Positions 26,947-37,265 of a stretch of 64,000 nt of DNA are shown one piece after another (positions within the stretch are counted from its first letter, which is position 1; each line of letters starts with the position of its first letter). The DNA is from an uncultured bacterium (GTDB lineage Bacteria; Eisenbacteria; RBG-16-71-46; JABDJR01; JAWXBZ01). The stretch spans positions 29,638-93,637 of the forward strand of contig CAZQVN010000004.1 of the NCBI GenBank assembly GCA_964596775.1, in the 5' to 3' direction. The notes under the pieces are model-generated. The model saw nothing but the letters and a program-made list of their open reading frames with translations, made no database searches and was not told the origin of the DNA. Position numbers and translations under genes: made by a program.

Positions 26947-28835
26947 TCAGGACCGACGTCTATTCGCTCGGCGTGATCCTCTACGAAATGCTGACCGGAC
27001 GGCTCCCCCACGAGCTGAACCGGAACCAGCTCGTGGAGTCGCTGCGCATCATCGGCCAGGATCCGCCGCGCCCGCCGTCGCAGTTCGATCGCGCCCTGGC
27101 GGGCGACCTCGAGACGATCCTGCTCAAGGCCCTGGAAAAGTCGGCGGACCGGCGCTACCAGAGCGTTTCCGCGTTCACCGATGACCTGCGCCGCTACCTG
27201 GGCGACCTTCCCATCGAGGCGCGCCCGCCGACGCTGGCGTACCAGCTGCGCAAGCTGGCCCGGCGCCACCGCACCGCGGCCCTTCTGGGCGCCGCACTGG
27301 TGCTGGCGGTGTTCCTCGGTGCGGCCGGAACGACGGTGGGAATGCTGAAGGCCCGGGCCGCCGCCGCCGAAGCCCGCCAGGAGGCCGAGACGGCGGAGCA
27401 GGCGCTCCTGTTCATGGAACGCCTGTTCCGGGTTTCGAACCCCGGCGAGGCCCGGGGAAACTCCATTACGGCCCGCGAACTCCTGGACGCCGGCGCGGCC
27501 CGCATCGACACGAGCCTCGTCGACGAACCCATGGTGCGCGGACGGCTGCTCGGCGTGATGGGCGAGGTCTATCGCAACCTGGGACTCTATGCGCAGGCGC
27601 GCCCCCTGCTGGAGCAGGCCCTGGACCTGAGAAAGGCAACGCTGCCGCCGGACGACCCGAGAACCGCGACGAGCGCGTACGTTCTCGCCGGCCTCTGCCG
27701 GCGTCTTGGTGAATATGACCTGGCCCGGACCCACTACCGGACTTCGCTGTCCATCCGGGAGAAAAGCTTCGGGCCGGACCATCCGGATGTGGCGGCGAGT
27801 CTCACCGGACTCGCCAACATTCTCCTGCAGACCGGGGACTATGCAGGAGCCCGCCCGCTCTACGAACGCTGCCTCGCCATCGTGGAAAAGAGCAAGGGCC
27901 CGGACCATCCCGACCTGGCCATCTACCTGTCCAACCTGGCCCTGCTCGACCGGGCGACGAACAACTTCGCTCACGCCCGGGTTCTCGCGGAACGCGCGGT
28001 GGCGATACAGGAAAAGGCGCTCGGCCCCGAGCACCCCGATCTGACCTACGACCTGATCAGCCTTGGCGCGGCGCTTCGGGGGTTGCAGGACTACGACGAA
28101 GCCAGGCGGGTTCTCGAACGAACGCTGGCCATCCAGGAAAGGGCCCTGGGGACGAATCATCCGGACGTCGCCGAGACGCTCACGGAGATCGGCATGTGCC
28201 ACTACCATCTTGGAGATCTCGCCGTCAGCCGGCCCCTTCTGGATCGCGCGGAACGCATCTTCGTGACCACGCTCGGGGAGACGAATCTCTACACCGCGGT
28301 GATCCGGGACAACATCTCCCTCGTGCTGCGCGATGAAGGCAAGCTGGACTCGGCCATGGTCCTGTCCACGCGGGCCCTCCGCATCTTCGAAGACCTCGGC
28401 GAACCCGATCATCCGGGGGTGGGCCTGGTGCTGGAACACATGGCCACGCATCAGCTCAGGGCGGGGCGTCATCGGGATGCCCTCGACCTGTTCGACCGCT
28501 CGTACCGGATCCGGAAGACCGCGCTGGGCGCGAGGTCGCTCGAAGCCGTCACGACGCTGCGCTTCATTCTGGAAGGCTGTTCCCCGGTTCTCGAACACAC
28601 GCGCCGCCGCGACCTCTACAGCGAGATCGCGGCGGCGCTCGGAAGCCCGGTTCCGGACTGGGCCGATTCGAGTTGGTCCGACTTCATGACGAAGGGCGCC
28701 ACGGAGCTCGTGGACGGTGGAGAACCCGACAGCGCCGCGGTCCTCCTGGAAAGCCGCCGCCGGCTGGTGGAGCACCTGCGGTCGGGCCGACCCGCCTCGA
28801 TCGAGGGGACGGCCGGCGGTACCGGACTTCGCTGA
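26938..28835 (+). CDS. TPR-repeat membrane protein corresponding to the C-terminal two-thirds of a Ser/Thr kinase; the catalytic subdomains I-VIII are missing (truncated gene or assembly chimera)
   Basis: Recognisable sequence starts at kinase subdomain IX (FDLRTDVYSLGVILYEMLTG) at about 26938. It is followed by the juxtamembrane region, TM helix TAALLGAALVLAVFLGAAG and more than 8 TPR repeats. The upstream part of tool ORF 26766..28835 is non-kinase read-through across the opposite-strand gene fragment. Confidence 0.5.
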
Positions 28836-28907
28836 AAACAACACCTTGTCAGTCGACCAACCCGGAGCCCGCGGGGCTCCGCGCCGGCCCCTCCCGGCTC
28901 GCCCGTA

Positions 28908-29312
28908 TCAGGCGCCGGGAACAACCTCGTAACCATTCTCCGCAAAATCCGGATCGAGGGCCAGAGCCGTCCGGATCCCTTCCTGGTCCATGAGCAGGAA
29001 ACTCGTGACGTCCACAAGGCTCAGCTTCCGGTGATCCGTCTTCAGCAACCGCTCCACGGCCTGGCGATGCACGCCCGCATCGATCCAGCGGACGTTCACG
29101 AGCGGTACCAGGCTCCGCTGAAAATCGCGCACGGCATCCATCCCGAACCGGCTCTGGAGGAGCGCGTGCGTTTCCACGAGGACGTAATTGGACGTGACCA
29201 GGCTCGTGCCGCTTTGGGTCGATTCCCGCCAGTGCTTCGCAACACCTTCATGCCCGGCCTCATCCTGGACGAGCAGGGCATAGAACGCCGACGTGTCCAC
29301 GAAGACGCTCAC
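28908..29312 (-). CDS. vapC: PIN-domain ribonuclease toxin VapC
   Basis: MSVFVDTSAFYALLVQDE... has a PIN fold with conserved acidic residues (D6, E42-like, D-rich C-terminus). It overlaps the antitoxin gene by 4 nt. Confidence 0.8.
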   Translation of the reverse strand: MSVFVDTSAFYALLVQDEAGHEGVAKHWRESTQSGTSLVTSNYVLVETHALLQSRFGMDAVRDFQRSLVPLVNVRWIDAGVHRQAVERLLKTDHRKLSLVDVTSFLLMDQEGIRTALALDPDFAENGYEVVPGA

Positions 29313-29566
29313 TTCCTGAAGGCCTCGCCCAGCAGGTCATCGTGATCCCGTCCGGCATGCGGCGCCTTGTCGGGGTGCCTGTACTTTCCGATGACGGAGT
29401 GCGCATCACGGACGAGGTCCCGCCGGTCCGACGCCGCCTCCTCGGCGGTCAGTGCCGCCTCGACACAACGGCGGACGGCCTCGGAAAACGAGATCCCCTT
29501 GCGCTGCGCCCAGCGTTTCAGCCAGGCGTGCTGGGTTTCCGTAAGCTGTATTTGGGTACGCATCAT
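29309..29566 (-). CDS. vapB: type II antitoxin (VapB-like, RHH/CopG-type DNA-binding N-terminus)
   Basis: 85 aa, MMRTQIQLTETQHAWLKRWAQRKGISFSEAVRRCV (ribbon-helix-helix-like), directly upstream of and overlapping vapC. Confidence 0.7.
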   Translation of the reverse strand: MMRTQIQLTETQHAWLKRWAQRKGISFSEAVRRCVEAALTAEEAASDRRDLVRDAHSVIGKYRHPDKAPHAGRDHDDLLGEAFRK

Positions 29567-29574
29567 AATGTAAG

Positions 29575-29605
29575 TGTGATAACATCACTTTCCGATGTCA
29601 ACATC
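29575..29605. promoter_or_regulatory. AT-rich vapBC promoter region with two short palindromes, GTGATAACATCAC at 29575-29587 and GATGTCAACATC near 29594-29605; putative VapB operator
   Basis: A perfect 5-bp inverted repeat (GTGAT/ATCAC) and a second GATG/CATC repeat lie immediately upstream of the vapB start, in the only AT-rich stretch of this neighbourhood. Confidence 0.45.
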
Positions 29606-29677
29606 ATAGTGACCAACGTCATACCCGCCGGGCCGCCCGGGAGCGCAGGATCAAGGTTCAGAAGGGAGGACTACCCG

Positions 29678-29980
29678 ATGAACTGGTCCGAAGCGCGCCT
29701 GCGCACGATCAAGGAGTGGGAAAGGATCCGCGATCACCTGGACGACATCGAACCCGTGGAACTGCTCACCGAAATCAACGCCATGAACTCGCTCTGCGAC
29801 AAGGCGGAGGAGGATGCCCACGGTCACGGACGCTGCGGTTACTGCATCGGTTTCCACCAGTTCGGCGGATGCGAGAGCATCACGGCTGAGTTGAGTCTGG
29901 CGGTAGCCGACAAGGACTGGCCGGAAGTGAGGAAACTCGTCCGGGAGTACATGGAAAGGCTTGAAAAGCTCCAGGTCTGA
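29678..29980 (+). CDS. small Cys-containing hypothetical protein (100 aa)
   Basis: Internal Met start preceded by a GGAGGA RBS. The sequence contains HGHGRCGYCIGFHQFGGCE, a possible metal-binding cluster. The N-terminal part of tool ORF 29342..29980 was judged non-coding. Confidence 0.5.
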   Translation: MNWSEARLRTIKEWERIRDHLDDIEPVELLTEINAMNSLCDKAEEDAHGHGRCGYCIGFHQFGGCESITAELSLAVADKDWPEVRKLVREYMERLEKLQV

Positions 29981-30117
29981 GCGATCGGGGCCCGCGCCGG
30001 TCGCGGAACCGGCGGATGCAGAGGCGTCACGTCGCTCGTGTTCCCTTTCACGAACCCGCTTCCCGTGCCGGTCCTGGATCCCTTTCCTCTCCACGCCCGG
30101 GCCGGTATCCTGCCCCC

Positions 30118-32823
30118 ATGCCACGATGCCGGGTCTGCTCCAGCCCCTTCGACGATGCGCAGTCCGTCTGTCCTGTCTGCGGAAACGCGGTGACCCCCTC
30201 CGGGCCCGAGCCTCCCGCCAGGGATCCGTCTCCGCCTCAAGACGCGGACAGCCACCCCTCGCCGACGCGCGCCCGCACGCAGACGTCCCACGCCCGCCGC
30301 GACCCCTCGAGCGCCGTCAGCTCCGGCCGTTTCCTTCCCGGCACGATCCTCGCCGACCGGTACCGGATCATCGCACCGCTCGGCAAGGGGGGCATGGGCG
30401 AGGTGTACCGCGCGGACGACCTGAAGCTCGGCCAGGCCGTGGCCCTGAAGCTTCTGCCGGAGGACTTCAACAGTGACGAGAGCCGCGTCGCGCGGTTCCT
30501 CGGCGAGGTCAAGATCGCACGGCGCGTGTCGCACCCGAACGTCTGCCGCGTGTACGACATCGGCGACGTGGACGGCCAGCACTTCATCTCCATGGAGTAC
30601 GTGGACGGCGAGGATCTCGCCTCGCTGCTCCGCCGGATCGGGCGGCTGCCCGAGGACAAGGCGGTGCAGATCGCCCGGGAACTCTGCGCGGGCATGGCCG
30701 CCGCGCACGACAAGGGGGTGCTCCACCGCGACCTGAAACCGGCCAACGTGATGATCGACGGCGAGGGGCGCGTTTCGGTCACCGATTTCGGCCTGGCGGC
30801 GATCTCCGGGGAGCTGAGCGAGGACGACGTCCTGTCCGGAACGCCGGCCTACATGGCCCCGGAACAGCTGGCCGGATCCGATGCTTCGGTCAAAAGCGAC
30901 ATCTACGCGCTCGGCCTGATCCTCTACGAGATGCTCACCGGAAAACGCGCGTACGACGGGCACAGCCTGGCGGACATGTCGCGGCTGCACCGGGACTCGA
31001 CGCCGGCCACCCCGTCCAGCGTGACGCCGGGCCTCGACCCGCTGGTGGAGCGCGTCGTGATGCGCTGTCTTGATCCTGATCCGCAAAAGCGCCCGGCGTC
31101 GGCGCTCCAGGTGGCCGCCGCGTTGCCCGGCGGCGACCCGCTGGCGGCTGCGCTGGCCGCGGGAGAAACGCCGTCGCCGCAGATGGTGGCGGCGGCCGGA
31201 TCCACGGAGGGGATGAACCCCCGGACCGCATGGCTCTGCCTCGGCGGCATCCTCGCCGGCATCCTGCTGATCTCCCTGATGGCCGGCCGGTCGTATCTCG
31301 TCTACCGGGCGCCGATCGGCAAGCCGCCGGCGGTCATGGCGGAGCGGGCCAGGGCCGTGGCCGCGAGCCTCGGATACACCGATCCGGCCCGGGACGAGAT
31401 TTCCGGCCTGGCCACGGACCAGGACTATCTGCGCCATCGTCTCCGCCGCGCGAACCGCGAACCCTTCGCGCCCTACCCGACGATCTTTCGCTACTGGTAC
31501 CGCTCCAGCCCGCGGAACCTCGTGCCCGTCGACCTGTCGAACCGACCCGACTACAGCGACCCGCCGGTGGTCGTGTCCGGGATGAGGAACGTCGTGCTCG
31601 ACGCCGACGGGCATCTCCTCTCCTTGCTCGCGGTGCCCCCGCAGCGCGACACGACCGGAAGCGGCGCGGTCGATCCGGACTGGGAACCGCTCTTTGCCGC
31701 GGCCGGCCTCGATGCCGGGGCGTTCACGCCCGCCCCGCCGCAGTGGAACTTTACGGTGGCCGCGGACACCCGGGCCGCCTGGGTCGGAAATCATCCGCGC
31801 GTCGGCAACATGCCGGTGCGCCTCGAAGCCGCGGCGTGGAAGGGGCAGGCCGTGGCCTTCGACATCATCTGGCCCTGGTCCCGCCCTTCGCGGATGGAAT
31901 CCCGGGCGGAGCGCGGATCGGAAAGGCTGGCCCGCCTCCTCAACGTGGCCATCTTCCTCGTGGTCCTCGTGCTCAGCGCCCTGGTGGCGGTGCGGAACGT
32001 GCGCCGCGGGCGGACGGACCGGCCGGGGGCGGTCCGGCTCGGCATCTTCATGGCGGCCACCCAGTTCCTGGCGTGGCTCGTCAACGCACATCACATGGTC
32101 GACGACGCGGAGCTCGCCCTGTTCGTCGAGAGCCTGGCCCAGTCCCTGTTCATGTTCGGCATGGCGGCGCTCTTCTACCTGGCCATCGAACCGTACGTCC
32201 GCCGCCTCTACCCCACCCGGATCATCACATGGGTGCGTGTCCTCGAGGGGCGCTTCCGCGACCCGCAGGTGGGGCGCGACATTCTCATCGGATGCCTCTG
32301 CGGCACGATCATCGCGCTGAGCATCGCCGCCCGCAGCTGGATCCCGGGCGTCGTCGGGCCCGATCCGGACATTTCGGCGCTGTTGACGAGCCCCGCCCGG
32401 ACCATTGCGATCCTGTTGAGCTACACCCAGAGTTCCGTCTTCAACGGGCTCGTGATCATGGCGCTGTACCTGATCTTCCGGGTCCTGCTGCGCCGGGAAT
32501 CCCTGGCGATGGGCGTGGCCGCGGCCCTGCTGACCGTCATCATCATCGGCGGCGTCGGATCCACGATTCCGGACATGGCGGCCGCGGTCGTGTTCACCGC
32601 GATGCTCCTGACCCTTCTGCTGCGCTTCGGCCTGCTGTCGGCGATCGCCGGTTTCCTGATGATGCTCCTGGCGAACAACTTTCCCGTGGCGCTCGGCCAG
32701 AGCAACTGGATGATGCCCCAGGCAGTCGTCGTTCAACTTCTGGCGGTGGGACTGGCGGTCTACGCGTTCGTCACCGCGCTCGGCAAACGGAAGGCGTTCA
32801 GGGATTCGGTGCTGGACGAGTAG
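30118..32823 (+). CDS. Ser/Thr protein kinase with N-terminal zinc-ribbon and C-terminal polytopic membrane domain
   Basis: Zinc ribbon CRVCSSPFDDAQSVCPVCGN, then a Pro-rich linker. The kinase domain has LGKGGMGEVY, ALKLL, HRDLKPANVM, DFGLA, GTPAYMAPE and DIYALGLILYEML. After a TM helix there are about 300 aa, and the final about 330 aa contain at least 8 predicted TM helices. Confidence 0.8.
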   Translation: MPRCRVCSSPFDDAQSVCPVCGNAVTPSGPEPPARDPSPPQDADSHPSPTRARTQTSHARRDPSSAVSSGRFLPGTILADRYRIIAPLGKGGMGEVYRADDLKLGQAVALKLLPEDFNSDESRVARFLGEVKIARRVSHPNVCRVYDIGDVDGQHFISMEYVDGEDLASLLRRIGRLPEDKAVQIARELCAGMAAAHDKGVLHRDLKPANVMIDGEGRVSVTDFGLAAISGELSEDDVLSGTPAYMAPEQLAGSDASVKSDIYALGLILYEMLTGKRAYDGHSLADMSRLHRDSTPATPSSVTPGLDPLVERVVMRCLDPDPQKRPASALQVAAALPGGDPLAAALAAGETPSPQMVAAAGSTEGMNPRTAWLCLGGILAGILLISLMAGRSYLVYRAPIGKPPAVMAERARAVAASLGYTDPARDEISGLATDQDYLRHRLRRANREPFAPYPTIFRYWYRSSPRNLVPVDLSNRPDYSDPPVVVSGMRNVVLDADGHLLSLLAVPPQRDTTGSGAVDPDWEPLFAAAGLDAGAFTPAPPQWNFTVAADTRAAWVGNHPRVGNMPVRLEAAAWKGQAVAFDIIWPWSRPSRMESRAERGSERLARLLNVAIFLVVLVLSALVAVRNVRRGRTDRPGAVRLGIFMAATQFLAWLVNAHHMVDDAELALFVESLAQSLFMFGMAALFYLAIEPYVRRLYPTRIITWVRVLEGRFRDPQVGRDILIGCLCGTIIALSIAARSWIPGVVGPDPDISALLTSPARTIAILLSYTQSSVFNGLVIMALYLIFRVLLRRESLAMGVAAALLTVIIIGGVGSTIPDMAAAVVFTAMLLTLLLRFGLLSAIAGFLMMLLANNFPVALGQSNWMMPQAVVVQLLAVGLAVYAFVTALGKRKAFRDSVLDE

Positions 32824-32955
32824 CCGGCAAACGGGAAACCCCTCCGGTCCGGAGACCGAAGGGGCTTCCTTTTCTATCGAAACTCCGGCGGCGGCGCGGT
32901 CCGGCACGCACTTCGCGCCGGTTCCCGGTGACCTCCTTCCGCGCGCCGCGGACGA

Positions 32956-35900
32956 TTACTCCACCACCACCATCTTGACCGAACGCGTCTCGCCGCCGGC
33001 CGCCATCCGCGCCAGGTAGACTCCCGAACCCAGCGGACGTCCGTCATCGGAACGCAGGTCGAACGTGACGGAATGCGACCCGGCGCTTTCCGCCCGGTCC
33101 ACGAGCGTCCGCACGCGACCCCCGTTGATGCCGTAGATCTCGAACACCACGGATCCGGGCGCGGGGAGCGCGTATTCGAAGACGGCCCGCTGCCGCACCG
33201 GATTGGCCCCGACAAGACGCAGGCTGAGGATTCGACCGCGGGGCGAAACGCTGGTCACGCCCACGAGCCGCTCGGTGCCGTCCCGGAACACTCCGACGAG
33301 GCGGTAGTGCATGGATTCGACCGGTTGATCGATCCGGTCGCGCCAGGTGAACGCCCCGCCTGATCCCATGCGGATCGGTTCCCGGGTCACCCGTTCGGGC
33401 GCGTCCGGTCCGGTGCCGCGGTTGATGTGGAAACCGGTGATGTCGTGGGAGTGGCTTGTCCACGACAGCTCGACGCCGCCGTGCACGGCCACCGCCGCCA
33501 GTTCCACCGCGAGCTCTCCGGGAACGGGATTATCGCAGCCCACGTTCGTCGTGCACGACGCGGCCAGCGAGGAGTTGTCCTGGGCCACCACGCTGAACGT
33601 GATCACGTCGCTCATGTCCGGCCGGCACTGCGGATCCATCCGCACGGTCACGTTCACCGGGGCCGAGCCGCCGGGAGCCACCGGCCCGACCGGTCCGACC
33701 GTCGGACCGCCGAGCAGCCAGTTGTTCTCGTCCGTGACCGTAACCAGGAACGTCCGGCTCACGGTGGACGGGTTGTTCACCGTGAACGTGAGCGGGTAGT
33801 CGATCGGAGTACTCGGCGGGATGACCGGAGGCGCCGTGAAGTCCGCCGGGCAGGCGACGGTGGGCGGGGCGCAGGCCCCGTTGCCGACCACCTGGTAGGC
33901 ACCGGAGTTCGTCACGTCGAGAGGCGCAAACGCCGCGGGAGATCCCGGACAGACGCCGGCCACCTGCCGGCAGTCGGCATTGACGGCGGTCAGCGTCTGG
34001 CCCGCGGTCGGGTTGCCGACCTTGCTCTTCTGTATCCAGATGCAGATCTCCCCGTCGTTGTTGACGGTAAAGTGGTCCGCCGGGCCGTCCTGCACCGAGC
34101 CGGTCGTGAAGTGCCCGTAGTCCGCGGACAGCCCCCCGGTGGCGCAGTTGACCACGCGGACATAGTAGCGGCCGAACCCGCCCGGAGTGTCCCAGATCAC
34201 CCGCCAGAACGTGTTCGGCGGCAGCGCCGACGTGTCGAGGTCCTGGACCTTGATCCGCCAGAGCAGAAGGTTGGCGCCCCGGGGATCGCCGAACGGCTCG
34301 GCCAGGGACACCTCCTGGATGTTCGAGGCCGGCGACGGCGCGGGAGGAACGTCCTCGGCGTCCGCATCCGTCACCACCGTGATCCCCGGCTTCGCGCAGG
34401 GGTTGCCGGGAGGAAGCGGCGGCGAGCAGGTCAGCAGCGGGTTCGGGCAGGTCGTGGACCGGTCGACGACCGTCTTGCCGTCGATCGACGACTTTCCGGA
34501 AATCTGCCGGGTGATGTACAGGCCTCCGGCGCCGAACGCGCCGTAGCAGACCAGCGCGGAGCCGTCCACCGGATTGATGTCGATCTCGTAGCACTCCGTG
34601 AGCTCGCGGCAGCAGGCGCAGTTGAGACCGTCCTGGCAGACCGGGCCGGTGTGGAACGTTCGGTCGCTGACGATCTTTTCCTCGAACGTCGGCACCGGGT
34701 CCAGCGCGTTCTGGCAGCGCGACACGAAGACCTTCCAGTTCGCGCCGGGGTCCTGGGAGGAGAACCCCCCGTGCCCGTAGAACGTGAACATGACCTTTCC
34801 GGCCGATCCGGCCTGCATCTCGGCGAAGATCGCCGTGCGCGACGGGCCGCCGGCATTGACGCGGACCGGCGCCGACCAGGTCGTGGCCTGATTCGTGGAC
34901 ACCGAGTAGTACACGTTGTGATCGTCGGAGAAGCAGCAGTAGACGTTGCCGGCCCTGTCCACGGCCACCCAGGTGAACAGGTGGTTGAACGAGGCTCCGG
35001 CGCCGCCGTCGATCACCAGGTGATGCGACCAGGTCACGCCGAAGTTCGTGGACCGCGAGACCCACACCTTCTGGCCGTTGTTCTCGCTCCAGGTGTGATA
35101 GACGTTGCCTTCGCCGTTCGGTCCGGCGGCGATCGGCGCGTTCGCTCCGGGCCGCTGGTCGCAGGTCATGTTCCCCATGTCCTTCGACGTGAGCGGATCG
35201 ACGCCCGCGCCCCAGATCACGAACGGGCCGGCGCCGGGCGTGCCAAGGCCGCCGTTGTCCCAGCGGACGACCTCGAGGAAGTTGCCGGGCTGGGTGGCCC
35301 CGTTGCGGTAGGACAGGTAGAACGTGTTCGCCCCGTAGGACGCGTTCCACTGGCGGTCCACCACCGGGGTGATCGTGGAGATCGGCTGCACGGTGAACGT
35401 GGCGCCGCCGTCCACCGACACCGACGTGGTCAGGTTCGCCAGCGTCAGGCTGGACATCATGATGTTGTGGAAACCGAGCAGGTTCGGCTCCGGCGAGATC
35501 TCGATCTCCGCGTCGCCGCCGCCGAGCCCGGCGTCCGGCGCTCCGTGAAACCGGTAGGACTGGCCGCAGGCGTCGGCGGTGCTCCAGAGGGCCGAGCCCG
35601 CCGGAACGCCGGCGATCCCGGTGATCCAGGCGGTCCCGTTCGGGTCGAACCGCACGGCGGGCTCGCCGTCGTTGCCGTGGTCGAACACGGTGGGCGGCGG
35701 CTGGTCGAGCGGCTGGATCCCTTCCAGGTGGGTGTTGCAGCTCCAGTTGTCCGTGGACTGGATGTAGGTGCCGGCGCGGAGCACCGGCGGCGGTCCGACG
35801 GTGATCGTGGCGTTGTAGTTGACGTTCGCGGCGGAAAACACGAGCGTCCGCACGGTGCAGGTTCCGTTCACGAGCGGCAGCGCCACCGTTTCGGGATTGC

Positions 35901-36285
35901 CCGACGTGGCCGACGGGGGCACCTTGTTCGTGTTCGAGCCGTCCACGACGTACAGGTCGAAGTCGTTAGCCGGGTTCGAGCCGTCCCAGTCGATCCGGAC
36001 GACGATCCGGTGATTCGGATTCGCCAGCAGGTAGGCCGGCGACAGGTTGACCGTCAGCGCGAAGTCGTCGCAGGTGTTGGGAACGAGACCGCAGTCGGGA
36101 CCGGTGGCGTCGGGAAAGTTGTTGGAGGGGTTGCCCCCCGTGTACGGCCCTCCGCCGGCGTAGGAGAGGGACAGGTTCAGGTCGTTGATCGTCCCGGAGG
36201 ACGGCGTCGCCGCGCGGAGCGGCGCCGGGTCGGCCACGAGGGCGACAAGAAGGCATGCAAACAGGATCGGTTGAAATCTGCGCAT
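32956..36285 (-). CDS. very large secreted BNR/Asp-box repeat (sialidase-like beta-propeller) protein with C-terminal FlgD-Ig/T9SS-type sorting domain
   Basis: Signal peptide MRRFQPILFACLLVALVADPAPLRA. BNR-like S-x-D-x-G-x-T-W motifs are present (STNFGVTWS, SVSTNQATTWS). C-terminus PVRQRAVFEYALPAPGSVVFEIYGINGGRVRTLVD...GVYLARMAAGGETRSVKMVVVE. Confidence 0.65.
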   Translation of the reverse strand: MRRFQPILFACLLVALVADPAPLRAATPSSGTINDLNLSLSYAGGGPYTGGNPSNNFPDATGPDCGLVPNTCDDFALTVNLSPAYLLANPNHRIVVRIDWDGSNPANDFDLYVVDGSNTNKVPPSATSGNPETVALPLVNGTCTVRTLVFSAANVNYNATITVGPPPVLRAGTYIQSTDNWSCNTHLEGIQPLDQPPPTVFDHGNDGEPAVRFDPNGTAWITGIAGVPAGSALWSTADACGQSYRFHGAPDAGLGGGDAEIEISPEPNLLGFHNIMMSSLTLANLTTSVSVDGGATFTVQPISTITPVVDRQWNASYGANTFYLSYRNGATQPGNFLEVVRWDNGGLGTPGAGPFVIWGAGVDPLTSKDMGNMTCDQRPGANAPIAAGPNGEGNVYHTWSENNGQKVWVSRSTNFGVTWSHHLVIDGGAGASFNHLFTWVAVDRAGNVYCCFSDDHNVYYSVSTNQATTWSAPVRVNAGGPSRTAIFAEMQAGSAGKVMFTFYGHGGFSSQDPGANWKVFVSRCQNALDPVPTFEEKIVSDRTFHTGPVCQDGLNCACCRELTECYEIDINPVDGSALVCYGAFGAGGLYITRQISGKSSIDGKTVVDRSTTCPNPLLTCSPPLPPGNPCAKPGITVVTDADAEDVPPAPSPASNIQEVSLAEPFGDPRGANLLLWRIKVQDLDTSALPPNTFWRVIWDTPGGFGRYYVRVVNCATGGLSADYGHFTTGSVQDGPADHFTVNNDGEICIWIQKSKVGNPTAGQTLTAVNADCRQVAGVCPGSPAAFAPLDVTNSGAYQVVGNGACAPPTVACPADFTAPPVIPPSTPIDYPLTFTVNNPSTVSRTFLVTVTDENNWLLGGPTVGPVGPVAPGGSAPVNVTVRMDPQCRPDMSDVITFSVVAQDNSSLAASCTTNVGCDNPVPGELAVELAAVAVHGGVELSWTSHSHDITGFHINRGTGPDAPERVTREPIRMGSGGAFTWRDRIDQPVESMHYRLVGVFRDGTERLVGVTSVSPRGRILSLRLVGANPVRQRAVFEYALPAPGSVVFEIYGINGGRVRTLVDRAESAGSHSVTFDLRSDDGRPLGSGVYLARMAAGGETRSVKMVVVE

Positions 36286-36348
36286 GGGAATCTCCTCCCG
36301 TGTCTTGGTAACTGGTGAGGTGTCGGGGGGAAATCGAGTCGAACCCGG

Positions 36349-36849
36349 TCAGTTCTGTTTCGTGCTCCCCCCTTTCTCGCCGGCACCCGCCGACCGGAAT
36401 AGGGAGAGCGTTTCCAGAACTTCGGAGTCCGCTCCGGAGGCGCGCACCGTGAACGGGGGCCGGGCGTCATCCGCCGGCCCGTCCCAGGAGTAGAAGTACC
36501 GCCCGGTGATCCGCGCGCGTTCGGGATCGCCGATGTCGGCATAGCGGACGGCCTCGCCCCCCTTCCGAGCGAAAAGGGTGCACCACTCCACGCTGCCTTC
36601 TCCGTTGTAGCGGACCACGGCGTAGGCGAAGCGGGCATCGTCCAGTTGCCAGATCTGCTTGCCGCCCGAGGCTCCCGGACTTCCGCCGGAGGTCATCCGG
36701 CCGACCTTCTCGAGATGGGCGACGACCGCGGCGGGCGCGTCCCCGACCCGGACGCCGAACAGGTCGCCGGGGGGCTGGCGCGCTTCCAGTGGCGCGGCGC
36801 CGATGATCACCGACGCCAGCGCCAGGCAGGCGACTGCCGGAAAGGTCAT
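36349..36849 (-). CDS. small secreted hypothetical protein
   Basis: Signal peptide MTFPAVACLALASVIIGAAPLEA. High GC3 and no recognisable domain. Confidence 0.4.
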   Translation of the reverse strand: MTFPAVACLALASVIIGAAPLEARQPPGDLFGVRVGDAPAAVVAHLEKVGRMTSGGSPGASGGKQIWQLDDARFAYAVVRYNGEGSVEWCTLFARKGGEAVRYADIGDPERARITGRYFYSWDGPADDARPPFTVRASGADSEVLETLSLFRSAGAGEKGGSTKQN

Positions 36850-37265
36850 CGTTTCTCCTCACTCGTCGGAGCTCGGACCACCGACCGCTCGCGCCGGCTC
36901 GACCGGCTGGGGACCGGTAACGCATCCGTCTCCGACGCTGTGCCGGACGCGGAAAACGGTCCCCGGCGAGCCGTCAGGGCAGGACACCCTGACTCAGGAT
37001 CGAGAGTGAGGCTTTGCTATTGACTGAATCTTGACTGGCCGCTGAGGCGGGGCGGCAATCAGTTGTGGCTCAAGCGTTTGTAGAATTTCAGGGGGTTCCG
37101 GCCTCGGCTTGCTTCCGCGGACAACCGCAGGACCCACCGTGCAAAATCGCGACCAGGACCGGCTGTCCTGACAAGAAGGATCTCAGCGAGAGCCACGACC
37201 TGCTCGATCGGCGAATTGTGAGGTCGCTGGCGCGGATTCCCTGACCATCAGCCCTGGTTAAGAAT

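Noticed and set aside
36850-37265. Possible tRNA or small gene in the 400-bp gap (including ORF 37088..37399(-))
   Set aside because: No cloverleaf-compatible segments (no GTTC-type T-loop with matching acceptor stem) were found, and the ORF translation is featureless with poor coding character.
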